A DNA stretch of 64,000 nucleotides from Planctomycetota bacterium (lineage in GTDB: Bacteria > Planctomycetota > SZUA-567 > H5-PLA8): positions 1 to 64,000 of the forward strand of contig JBBRPR010000018.1 in NCBI GenBank assembly GCA_038227875.1. The letters run 5' to 3'. The notes beneath the pieces are model-generated. The model did not search any database. It saw nothing but the letters and a program-made list of their open reading frames with translations, and was not told the DNA's origin. Shown in pieces: positions 24,810 to 33,961 of the stretch. Each line of letters opens with the position of its first letter. The stretch's first letter is position 1. The position numbers were made by a program, and so were the translations under genes.

Positions 24810-26984
24810 GAATTTTCCCGATCCGCTCTTGTCCTTCTTCGACGTGTAGGTGAAGGGAATCACGCCGACGACGTACAGCGGCTCGCCATCGCCGAACCAG
24901 ATTTGCACCGGGACGTTGATGGTCTGGCCGAGGACGTCGGCATTGATCGCGCCGTGGCCGCCGAGGACTTCGCGGAGGTCGGCGGACTTGATCTGCAGCG
25001 TCAGAATGCCGGTCTTGTCGTTGACGCTGATCTTCGGACCGTTGCGGTTGATGGATTTCAGCTTGGCGGTGTCGAAGTCGAAGATCCACGGCTGGTCGCC
25101 GATGGTCACCGAACCGTGCAGGATCGAGCCTCCACCCTTGGGCGCACGGACGCCGATCAACGCGCTGTTGGAGAACGCTGCGGTGAAGTTGTCTTTGCCG
25201 GTGGCATTGAACGCCAACTTGAACGAGGCCTTCGTCGGATCGGACACCTGGCCGATCTGGATCGTCACGGTGCTCGCGGCGGTCGTGCCGTTGCCGTCGG
25301 TGACTGTCAGTGACGCGCTGAACGTGCCCGGCACCGTATAGGTGTGGCTGACTGTCGCGCCGGTCGCGGTCGCTCCATCGCCAAAGGCCCACGCAAACGT
25401 CGCGATCGGCGAACCGCTCGTGCCCGCGGCCGAACCTGTGCTGGTGAAGCTCACCGTGGTACCCGGCAGACCCGACGTCGGGCTCGCGCTGGCATTGGCC
25501 ACTGGCGGCGCGGGCGGAGTCGGCGGAGGAGGAGGCGGCGGCGTACCAGACGTGCCTCCCGGATTGGTGCCCGGATACAGCGCCTGAGCTGCGGCGATTT
25601 CGTCGGCGCTCAACTGCGTCAGTCCGCCGTCGAAAGGGAACATCACCGTCGTTTTGTCCGTGGTGTGATTGAGGCCGACGAAATGTCCGATTTCGTGGAG
25701 TGAAACGCTGGACGCATTGCCCTGTCCGCCGGCGCCCCAGTTAAAATCACGGTCGTTGAAAATGATGTCGCCATCTCTGAAGTTCGAGACCGTACCGGCC
25801 GAAAAGCTCGAGAAAGTGATCGCCAGCGTGCTGGCGCTGAAATCGTTGCTCGGAGTCGTCGTCCACGCCACGATGTTTTCGGCGTCGTTGCTGCTGGCCG
25901 TAGTGGTGTTCGACGTGCCGGTGGTGAAGCTCAGCCGCGAGCCGGTCACGCTGGCCCACTTATCAAAAGAGCCCTGCACCAGCGGGAAAACATTGGCGTT
26001 GGTTTTCGATACGGCTGGCGTCTGCTTCCAGATGATTTTCTGACCGGCCACCTTGCCTGCAATGGGGACGTCGAGATTCCAGACGGTCTTCTGATCGAAC
26101 GTCACGAACGCATGCGCGCCCGCGCCGCCGAAGATCACGCCGACCAGCGTCGCGCCGAAGAGAATCGCCACCACTGCTCGGGCGGTCGCCAGTTTCCGTT
26201 TGCGGCGGTAGACCAGCAACGCGCTGATGAATGCGACCGTGGCCACGATCAGGCCCAGGATCAGCCAACCGCGGCGCAACTCCGCGGCTTCGCGCATCGC
26301 TGCGGCGTTGGCCACGACGGACGGCACTTGCGCGGAATCGGCCGACGCGCCCGGCAGCTTCGCCGCCAGTTCACTGGGATCAATCGCCGCTTCCTTGCCT
26401 GCCGCGTACGCTTCGACCATCTGGCAGAACGTCGCATACGGAATCGATTTGGTCAGCAGTGTCGCGTCGACGTCGCTCTGATTTTCCAACTTCGAGCCCG
26501 GCGCGATCGCCTGCGGACAGACGGGGTTTTCGACGAACTTCTTTCCATTGCGTTCGACGACATTGAACTTGCCCAGCCCCAGATCCTGGACCATGTAGTG
26601 TCCGGCTTCCGGTTCCTTCACGAATACAATCGCGCGGTCGCCCTTGCGGAAATCCGGCGCGTCGGGCACGTAGCCGATGGTGTCGCCGTTGATGCCGCCG
26701 GGGAGATCGAGCTCAATCGCGTCGCTTAAATTTCCTTTCAGCGAGCGCAGCACCTGCACGCTGACATGGGTGCGGGGGAAGGTGTCGGTCGGCTTCATTT
26801 CCGGGTAGTTGTGATCAAGGACCTCGACTTCGACGACGGCGACCGCGCGCTGCGTCAGCTGCTTGAGCGTCGTGCGAGCATAAGATGCGGCAGAAGCTGC
26901 CAGACCAAAAAGCATGACCACAGCGGTTGCCATCCCAACAGACCGAAACGACCGCCCGCGTAGGTGCGGCTTGACATTGCGCAT
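24807..26984 (-). CDS. Matrixin (M10) metalloprotease + PKD domain with N-terminal beta-rich domain and internal TM pair
   Basis: HEIGHFVGLNH zinc motif, TVMFP Met-turn, PKD W.FGDG...VSHTY..PG...LTVTD; GGAGG RBS before ATG 26984. Confidence 0.88.
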   Translation of the reverse strand: MRNVKPHLRGRSFRSVGMATAVVMLFGLAASAASYARTTLKQLTQRAVAVVEVEVLDHNYPEMKPTDTFPRTHVSVQVLRSLKGNLSDAIELDLPGGINGDTIGYVPDAPDFRKGDRAIVFVKEPEAGHYMVQDLGLGKFNVVERNGKKFVENPVCPQAIAPGSKLENQSDVDATLLTKSIPYATFCQMVEAYAAGKEAAIDPSELAAKLPGASADSAQVPSVVANAAAMREAAELRRGWLILGLIVATVAFISALLVYRRKRKLATARAVVAILFGATLVGVIFGGAGAHAFVTFDQKTVWNLDVPIAGKVAGQKIIWKQTPAVSKTNANVFPLVQGSFDKWASVTGSRLSFTTGTSNTTTASSNDAENIVAWTTTPSNDFSASTLAITFSSFSAGTVSNFRDGDIIFNDRDFNWGAGGQGNASSVSLHEIGHFVGLNHTTDKTTVMFPFDGGLTQLSADEIAAAQALYPGTNPGGTSGTPPPPPPPTPPAPPVANASASPTSGLPGTTVSFTSTGSAAGTSGSPIATFAWAFGDGATATGATVSHTYTVPGTFSASLTVTDGNGTTAASTVTIQIGQVSDPTKASFKLAFNATGKDNFTAAFSNSALIGVRAPKGGGSILHGSVTIGDQPWIFDFDTAKLKSINRNGPKISVNDKTGILTLQIKSADLREVLGGHGAINADVLGQTINVPVQIWFGDGEPLYVVGVIPFTYTSKKDKSGSGKF

Positions 26985-27349
26985 GTGCGCCTCCCGTTCT
27001 AAAAGCGGACTCAACGTAAAATTCGAAAATGTTATGTAGCTACTCGTCGAATCCATCCACATTGTCCAGAAAATTTCGTGGCACAAATCATCACTTTGTG
27101 TGGAATTTCCGAGTTCCATGCACCCTTTTGCATTTCGCATCGCACCCCCTATGTGGGTAGCACTAAGCGTGTCCGCCCGAGAGGTTAAGCAGTTTCTGCC
27201 TGCTCGAAACAGTGCGCCGAAAGCGCGGGAATTGAAAGAAATTCCATTGTTGTAACCTGGCAGCAAAGTAAACTTTAAAGGCGCTGTGTTTCAAAATGAA
27301 CAACAGCGCGAAGCGCCTCGATCACGCGGATGAAGTGCAAGGGATTTCC

Positions 27350-30322
27350 ATGGCCAACGAAAATCTCCGACGCGGGTCCGGCGCGCAGATCACACCCGCG
27401 CAAGCACAGCAACCATCCAAATCTTTTGCGGAAATCGCCATTGAACGCGGCTACTGCACCGCCGAACAGATCGATGCCGCACGCCAGCACCAACGGCAGC
27501 TGGGTCCAAAATCCAACGTCGAACTCGCGCAGGTCCTCGTCGATCTGGGCACGCTGACGCAGCAGCAGGCGCGAGCCTGCGAACGCGCCACCCGCGGCGC
27601 TCAGGTCATCGCCGGCTTTGAAATTCTGGAGAAAGTCGGCCAGGGCGGCATGGGTGCCGTCTTCCGCGCGCGCCAGATGAGCATGGACCGCATCGTCGCG
27701 CTCAAGATTCTCCCGCCGAAGCTCGCGCAGGATCCGAGTTTCAAAACGCGCTTCCTCAACGAAGCCAAGGTCTGCGCCAAGCTCAGCCACATGAACATCA
27801 TCAACGGCATCGACTGCGGCGAAGCCGGCGGCTACACGTATTTCGCGATGGAGTTCGTCGACGGGCGCACGATCAAGCAGATCATGAAGGAAAAGGGCAA
27901 GTTCTCGCCCGCCGATGCGCTGAAGATCATCCGCCAGATGGTCGACGCACTGGCCTATGCCAAGAGCATGGGATTGGTCCACCGCGACGTCAAACCCGAC
28001 AACATCATGATGACCGCCGGCGGCGTCGCGAAACTCTGCGACCTGGGCCTGGCCAAGCACGTTGAAGGCAACGACGACGCCAGCCTGACGCAGTCCGGCC
28101 AGGCCGTCGGCACGCCCCATTACATCGCCCCGGAACAGGCGCGTGGCGAGGCCGTCGATTTCAACACCGACATTTACTCGCTGGGCGCGACGTTCTACCA
28201 CATGCTCACCAGCAAGACGCCCTTCGACGCGCCAACCAGCGCGGCCGTCATGGCGCTGCATATCGCCAACGACACCAAGAGCCCCTGCGACGTCGATCCG
28301 TCGGTGCCGATTGGCTACGGTCAGGTCATCTCGCGCATGATGGCCAAGTTCAAAGAAGACCGCTACAACAACCCGGCCGACCTGGTGAAGGATCTCGATG
28401 CGCTGGAAGAAGGGCGCACGCCCGCGGCAGCGTCATTCAAGGCCAAGACGTCGTGCCTGATGCCGCAGTCCTCGCCCAATCGCGGCCTGCGCGGCCGGAC
28501 CACCGGACCGCAAAGCCCCGTCACTGGGCGGACGACCGGACCGCAGACGCCTGTCGGCGGAGGCGGGGACAGTCCGCATGCGACCGGAACGCGCAACCGC
28601 CCGGCGCGCAAGGAAGGCACGCCATGGGTTGCCATCGGCGGATTTGCCATCGTGGTGCTGGTCGCGTTGATGTTCGCCTTCGGCAAGCAGCCGCCTGAAA
28701 AAGAAGTGAAGCTGCCTGAGCCGCCCAAGGTCGTGAAGAACAACGATACGCCGGCGATCCCGACTCCGCCCGTCGAAAAGAAACCCGAGCCGCCGCCGTT
28801 TGTCGATCCGAAAATCGTGAGCGGTCCGCCGCCGCGCATGGGCGATGAACCCAAGATCAAAGAGCCCGACCATCCGAAGGAGGTCGTCAAAGCCCCGGAG
28901 CCGGCGAAAGTCGACGCGCCGAAAATTGATCCGCCCGTGGCAGTGGCCGTTAAAAAGCCCGACCCGGAACCCACGCCGCCCGTGGAAGCGAAGTTCACTC
29001 TCAACAACAAAATCATCCACGCGCGCTTCTTCGCTGAAATGCTGAAGAAGACCGCCAAGGCCGATCTCGCCAAGGCCGCGCCGAAGGAAATCCACGACCT
29101 GGCGGAGAATCCCGCGTACAAAAGCATCCACAAGGAAACGCAGGCCGAGCTCGACAGCCTGGAAGTTGCGCTGAAATTCGAACAGGAAGCCATGAAGGCG
29201 ATGGCGGCCAACGGCACGGAGATCGTACTGACCGACGAACGCGCCACGCAATTGGGCGTCAGCGGCAAAGTCAACCATCTCAAGGCCGTGGAATACAAAC
29301 CCGATTACGGCTTGTCGGTGCAGATCCCCAATGGACCCATCATGCCGGTGAAAGGCATCGACATTGCCGGCGACCAGATCGTGAAAAGCAGCCCCGACGC
29401 GCCGGTTGCGTCGCGGGCCATTTACACGATGATCCGCGGTAACAAAGACGCCTTCAAAGCCATGCTCGAAACGATTCCGCCCAAGGAACGCCCGCTGTAC
29501 GAAGCCAAGCTGGCGCTCTGGAATGAAGGTGATCGTGAATGGGCAGCCCGCGCCGAGATCGACAAGTTGGAAAAGCTCACGCTCTCCAAGGATTTCAAGA
29601 TCTTCGAATCAGTGGTCGCGGACTTCGAAAAGAACTACGGTTCCACGCCAATGGCGCAGGAATTCGCGCTCAAAATCGCTGAATGGAAAGCGGTTGCCGC
29701 CAACACCCTGCGTCCGCCCAATCCGTGGAAGAACTACTTCCATGCGCCGGTCAATCGCTTGCGTGAAGATGGCTTCCTGGAACTGACCTACGACTTTTCC
29801 TCGCCGGACCAGGCACTGGACTTTGTCACGACGCGGGGCGAGCCGAAAATCCTCGATGGCCACCTCTTCGTCGCCGGAGCCGACGACCGCGGCGACCGTC
29901 TGGCCTTCGCCGCACCGATCAGCGACCTGCGCGGTATCCTGATCAGCTACAAGACTCAACACGCGCGAGACAACACGGGATTCCGACTCGGCGGCGTCCC
30001 CGAAGGCGCGCCCATCGGCGGCAAGATGGGAGTGCTGCTGGGTCTCGATTGGGACTCGGCGTTTCTCTACACCTCTCCCAGCAATCACCTCGACACGGCC
30101 GCGAGTGAACTCAATTTCGGAGATATCGCTGAACTGGAAGCGAAGTCGACCGATGGCCGATCGTTCAGCTGGACCTGCAACGGCAAACCGCTGGGCAGCG
30201 CGCCGGTGCCGGACAACCTGCACAACGCCCGACTCGCCATGAACTACTTCAACGGCGGGCACAACATCTGGCGGAAGTTCAAGATCATCTTCCGGCCGGA
30301 ACCGGGGCTATTGAACAAATAG
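27350..30322 (+). CDS. Hanks-type Ser/Thr protein kinase, membrane anchored
   Basis: GQGGMG, VALK, HRDVKPDN, DLG, GTPHYIAPE, TM near aa 425-445, Pro/Lys-rich linker, large extracytoplasmic part. Confidence 0.95.
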   Translation: MANENLRRGSGAQITPAQAQQPSKSFAEIAIERGYCTAEQIDAARQHQRQLGPKSNVELAQVLVDLGTLTQQQARACERATRGAQVIAGFEILEKVGQGGMGAVFRARQMSMDRIVALKILPPKLAQDPSFKTRFLNEAKVCAKLSHMNIINGIDCGEAGGYTYFAMEFVDGRTIKQIMKEKGKFSPADALKIIRQMVDALAYAKSMGLVHRDVKPDNIMMTAGGVAKLCDLGLAKHVEGNDDASLTQSGQAVGTPHYIAPEQARGEAVDFNTDIYSLGATFYHMLTSKTPFDAPTSAAVMALHIANDTKSPCDVDPSVPIGYGQVISRMMAKFKEDRYNNPADLVKDLDALEEGRTPAAASFKAKTSCLMPQSSPNRGLRGRTTGPQSPVTGRTTGPQTPVGGGGDSPHATGTRNRPARKEGTPWVAIGGFAIVVLVALMFAFGKQPPEKEVKLPEPPKVVKNNDTPAIPTPPVEKKPEPPPFVDPKIVSGPPPRMGDEPKIKEPDHPKEVVKAPEPAKVDAPKIDPPVAVAVKKPDPEPTPPVEAKFTLNNKIIHARFFAEMLKKTAKADLAKAAPKEIHDLAENPAYKSIHKETQAELDSLEVALKFEQEAMKAMAANGTEIVLTDERATQLGVSGKVNHLKAVEYKPDYGLSVQIPNGPIMPVKGIDIAGDQIVKSSPDAPVASRAIYTMIRGNKDAFKAMLETIPPKERPLYEAKLALWNEGDREWAARAEIDKLEKLTLSKDFKIFESVVADFEKNYGSTPMAQEFALKIAEWKAVAANTLRPPNPWKNYFHAPVNRLREDGFLELTYDFSSPDQALDFVTTRGEPKILDGHLFVAGADDRGDRLAFAAPISDLRGILISYKTQHARDNTGFRLGGVPEGAPIGGKMGVLLGLDWDSAFLYTSPSNHLDTAASELNFGDIAELEAKSTDGRSFSWTCNGKPLGSAPVPDNLHNARLAMNYFNGGHNIWRKFKIIFRPEPGLLNK

Positions 30323-30354
30323 CCGTGAGCAAATTGAATGGATGGACCAATTAC

Positions 30355-30391
30355 AATTTTGAGTTTTGAGTTCTGAATTTTGAATTGAGTT
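30355..30391. repeat. Left heptamer arm (A[AG]TTTTG) of cassette-like element
   Basis: AATTTTG AGTTTTG AGTTCTG AATTTTG AATTGAGTT. Confidence 0.88.
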
Positions 30392-30412
30392 TCGCCGGTC
30401 GACACCTTCTCT

Positions 30413-30886
30413 ATGTCTAATCAAGACTTGTTTCTTGCGGTGCCTATCGGCATTACCCTTGATGACATGACCGACATTTTACAACTCGCGCCACCGCAGG
30501 GTTGGAAGAATAGCATTGGCCGGGTCTCAAATGTCCATTTTTATTTTAATGCACAACCTAAGTTCCAGGAAAAGATCAACTACCCAGGCGAATGGGGACA
30601 GAGACTTAAAATGAGTTGTAGCAAGGGTATTGATCTGGAAGAGGTGAGATTAGCTCTCGCTGTCTATTTATATCGTCAACTGGTCAAAACCTATCCCGGG
30701 AATTACATCTGTTACGATAGTTACCCTACGACATTCTTCTACGCAATGGGCACAGTACTGGTAAAAAATTCGGCACTTACGCGAGGATTCACGTTCCGTC
30801 ATGATTTTGCGCGGGTACTGCCGATGGTTTGCGCGCCACGCGAAGAAATTGATGCAGTCTTGCTATCGTTGAAATCAGGCACTTGA
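30413..30886 (+). CDS. AT-rich orphan hypothetical protein (157 aa)
   Basis: Open frame filling the space between the two arms; many A/T-ending codons unlike neighbours. Confidence 0.65.
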   Translation: MSNQDLFLAVPIGITLDDMTDILQLAPPQGWKNSIGRVSNVHFYFNAQPKFQEKINYPGEWGQRLKMSCSKGIDLEEVRLALAVYLYRQLVKTYPGNYICYDSYPTTFFYAMGTVLVKNSALTRGFTFRHDFARVLPMVCAPREEIDAVLLSLKSGT

Positions 30887-30922
30887 AAGACCAGTCGCTG
30901 ATTTCAAACACTTCCAATCGCC

Positions 30923-30966
30923 AACCCAATTCAAAATTCAAAATTAAGAATTGAGAATTGAGAATT
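30923..30966. repeat. Right heptamer arm (CAAAATT/GAGAATT)
   Basis: AACCCAATT CAAAATT CAAAATT AAGAATT GAGAATT GAGAATT, inverted relative to 30355-30391. Confidence 0.88.
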
Positions 30967-30967
30967 C

Positions 30968-31801
30968 TCAAACCGCCACCGGCGTCTCGTACAGCGGCTC
31001 CATCTCCTTCTTAAACTTCTCCGACTGGCTCAGGAACGCGTACGGGTTTTCCCATACGACCTGTGATGTCTGCGCGCGCGTGAAACCGGTCTGCAGCATC
31101 AGCCGCGCGGCCTTCGGGACGGCCAGCGGGTCGGACGTCTCCCAATCGCAGGCGCTGTTGAGCAGGATGCGCTCGGAGCCGTACTGATCGATCATGTCGC
31201 GGGCGCGCTGCGGCGTGCATTTCGTCCGCGGGTACATCGTGATGCCCGCGTAGAAACCGCCGTCGAGCACCTGCTGGATGGTCTCTTCGGTGTTGTGATC
31301 GATGTTGATCAACTCGGGGTTGACGCCGACTTCCTTGCAGATCGCCAGCGTGCGCAGCGTTCCTTCCAGCTTATTGTTGTGCGGCGTGTGGATGATCACC
31401 GGGACGTTGAGCTTCCGCGAAATCTCGAGTTGCTCGCGCAGGATGGTCTCTTCGTTGGGCGTGATATTGTTGAAGCCAATTTCGCCGATGCCGATGGTCG
31501 TCTGGCGGTCGAGGAAAGGCATCATGCCGGCGATCACTTCGCGGGCCAGCGACAGGTGCTCGGCTTCCTTCGGATTCATCGCGACGGTGCAGAAATGTTT
31601 CATGCCGCGCTTGGCCGCGCGGTTCTTCGGCTCCCACTCGCTGATGTGATTGAAGTAGTCGAAGAAACTCCCCGCGTACTTGCGGTCGTTGCCAATCCAG
31701 AACGACGGCTCCACCAGCGCCTCGATACCGCAAAGCAACATCATCTCGTAGTCTTCAACGGTGCGGCTGTACATGTGGGCGTGAGGATCGATGATGCGCA
31801 T
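30968..31801 (-). CDS. TatD-family metal-dependent hydrolase (EboB-like)
   Basis: DPHAHM.SRT..DY, VEP.FW.G, NPKEA, GEIG, IHTPH, IDHN, NSACDW..SDPL.VPK. Confidence 0.85.
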   Translation of the reverse strand: MRIIDPHAHMYSRTVEDYEMMLLCGIEALVEPSFWIGNDRKYAGSFFDYFNHISEWEPKNRAAKRGMKHFCTVAMNPKEAEHLSLAREVIAGMMPFLDRQTTIGIGEIGFNNITPNEETILREQLEISRKLNVPVIIHTPHNNKLEGTLRTLAICKEVGVNPELINIDHNTEETIQQVLDGGFYAGITMYPRTKCTPQRARDMIDQYGSERILLNSACDWETSDPLAVPKAARLMLQTGFTRAQTSQVVWENPYAFLSQSEKFKKEMEPLYETPVAV

Positions 31802-32001
31802 GGGTCATGCTCCAGAAAGGTAGTATGGCACGTGAACCGTGACGGTTCAGGAGAGCAAATCCTTAGCCATGTTTTATCGCATTTAAGCCGAGGCGGCAAT
31901 ACAGGCTTGCGCGATTACTGTGGCCCCAATACCCACATCCTGTACAGTCCGTGGCGCTTTTTAGAATTGCGAAGTCGCCCCACTTTCGGGAAAATCAGGA
32001 C

Positions 32002-32799
32002 ATGACCATCACGATCGACGCCGATGCCCTTTTCCGAGCCGTAACCGCGACGGGTTACAAATTGCTGGCGTACAATCTCGACCTCGAGACCGGCGAGATC
32101 ATTTCCCGGACCATGCGCCCTGAAGAAGTGACAGCTCCCCCGCCCGGCCCCAGCGTCCGCCCGCTGCCGAAAATGGGCGGCGATCTGACCGTGAAGAAGG
32201 ACCTCAACCCGTTCGGCCCGACCGTGGAAGCGCCGAAGAAAAAGCTCTTCAGCGACGACGACGGACCCAAGAAGCCCGCCTTCGATTCCGAATTCTTCAA
32301 GCGCGACGACAAGAAGAAGCCCGACCTCTTTGGCGACGGCGGCTTCAAGAAGGAAAGTGGCGCCAAAAAGCTCGCCGAGATCTTCACGCCACCCGCTCCC
32401 AAGAAAGCTGCCGACCCGTTCGCGAAATCCACGCCGCCCGTGCCGGCCGCGCCCGCTGCTCCCACCGCGCCGGGCGATCCAGCAGCTCCTGTCGTCGCTG
32501 TCGAAGACCAGAATCCGAAGCGACCGCGCATTCCCGCGGTGACGGAAGTGCAGCAGCTCGAATGGATGTTCGCTTTCGCCAAAGAGTTCGGCGACCCGGA
32601 GATCCGCGACCAGATGGGCGCGGCCTTGCAATCGGCCAACCCTCTTCCCGCGTGGGAGCGCCTGCTGCGCAAACACATCCGCGCCGGGCAGCAGTGGGAA
32701 CGGTACTACCGCCGCCACGCGCTGTTTTTTGCGGAGACGTGGCTCTCGGATTTCGGCATCGCGTGGGAACTGAAAGAGGAAAGCGAGCAGGGCCACTAG
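32002..32799 (+). CDS. UPF0158-like protein with long low-complexity insertion
   Basis: LDLETGEI at N-term; IP......WM..FA....D..IR.....AL......W......W.......W at C-term. Confidence 0.6.
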   Translation: MTITIDADALFRAVTATGYKLLAYNLDLETGEIISRTMRPEEVTAPPPGPSVRPLPKMGGDLTVKKDLNPFGPTVEAPKKKLFSDDDGPKKPAFDSEFFKRDDKKKPDLFGDGGFKKESGAKKLAEIFTPPAPKKAADPFAKSTPPVPAAPAAPTAPGDPAAPVVAVEDQNPKRPRIPAVTEVQQLEWMFAFAKEFGDPEIRDQMGAALQSANPLPAWERLLRKHIRAGQQWERYYRRHALFFAETWLSDFGIAWELKEESEQGH

Positions 32800-32817
32800 C
32801 GGTGTGACTTGGCTTCA

Positions 32818-33600
32818 CTAGATCTGTATCCGAAACATCGACCCCAACTGCGGAATCGCCATGAACTGTTCGATGCGCGCAACGCAATGCTCCATCGAGG
32901 TCCCGACCGCCTCGCGCCCCACAATGCCAAAGCCGTGACCGGGAAAGATCGCGTTGAACTTCATCCCGGCGACGCGCTTTAAGCTCGCTCGAAAATCGGT
33001 CAGCTTCGAATTCCAATTGTAGTCAATCCACCCGATGCAGCCGGAGATGTGCGCCTGATCGCCGATGGCCGTGTCGCCGGTGAAGCACGCCGGTCCGTGT
33101 CCGTTGGGTAATTCAAAGACGAATCCCAGGCAATCCGGCGTGTGTCCGGGAAGTTCGATCACGCGGAGTTCCACATTGCCGACTCGGATCGCATCGCCTT
33201 CGCGCACGACTTCGTGAACCGGCGCGATGGGCGTCCCGGGACCTTTGTAATCGTCTGAGTAAATCCCCTGCTTGCCGCTCAGCGTTTCTTTTGCGAGCGC
33301 ATGCCCGTAGACCGTACAGTCCAGCGTTTTGAGCACGTCGGCCAGACCATCGACGTGATCGGTGTGGCTATGGGTGATCAGCACCTTCTTGATCTTCGCC
33401 ACATCAAAGCCCGCATCAGCAATGTTGCGCAACAAGCCGGGAACACTTTCCGGCTGGCCGACATCGATCAGCGCGAGTTCCGATCCGCCATCCAATAAAT
33501 GGACGTTAGCGCCAGCCAGCGTGAGCTTGCGGAGGCCGTTCCATTCGCCGCACCCGACGACGTAGACGTTGTCTGTAACGTGAAATCGAGATTGAGTCAT
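32818..33600 (-). CDS. MBL-fold metallo-hydrolase
   Basis: THSHTDH, PGHT, FTGD, PGHG; GGAGGA RBS before ATG 33600. Confidence 0.9.
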   Translation of the reverse strand: MTQSRFHVTDNVYVVGCGEWNGLRKLTLAGANVHLLDGGSELALIDVGQPESVPGLLRNIADAGFDVAKIKKVLITHSHTDHVDGLADVLKTLDCTVYGHALAKETLSGKQGIYSDDYKGPGTPIAPVHEVVREGDAIRVGNVELRVIELPGHTPDCLGFVFELPNGHGPACFTGDTAIGDQAHISGCIGWIDYNWNSKLTDFRASLKRVAGMKFNAIFPGHGFGIVGREAVGTSMEHCVARIEQFMAIPQLGSMFRIQI

Positions 33601-33961
33601 CGGTCCTCCACAACTGCAATTAAAGGTAGCGTTGCGCACGCGGTTCGCTTCACATGTGAAATGGATGAAATCACATGGGCGAAATCACCTGTTTCTGTTG
33701 GGAAATCCCACAGGTGGTACACCGGAAAACGCCAACTGTAGGAAATTACCTCATGCGTCATTTTTTCCTTTCATTCGATTTTTTTATGCAGCGCAGGCCA
33801 ACAAAACCCCGGCTATAATAATCAAGGGTCGGTAGTTTTTTCCATTTAAGAAGCTGGGAAACACCTCGTCTTTTAAAGAGTCGGGAACTGTAAGCAAGTG
33901 TACTAACGTGTGCAATGCCGTGAAGACTGCAATAAGAGGTAGCCGTTTGCAAGGGGGCCTC

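Noticed and set aside
26985..27266. N-terminal extension of the matrixin ORF
   Set aside because: Intergenic-like composition; GGAGG RBS and signal peptide support ATG 26984
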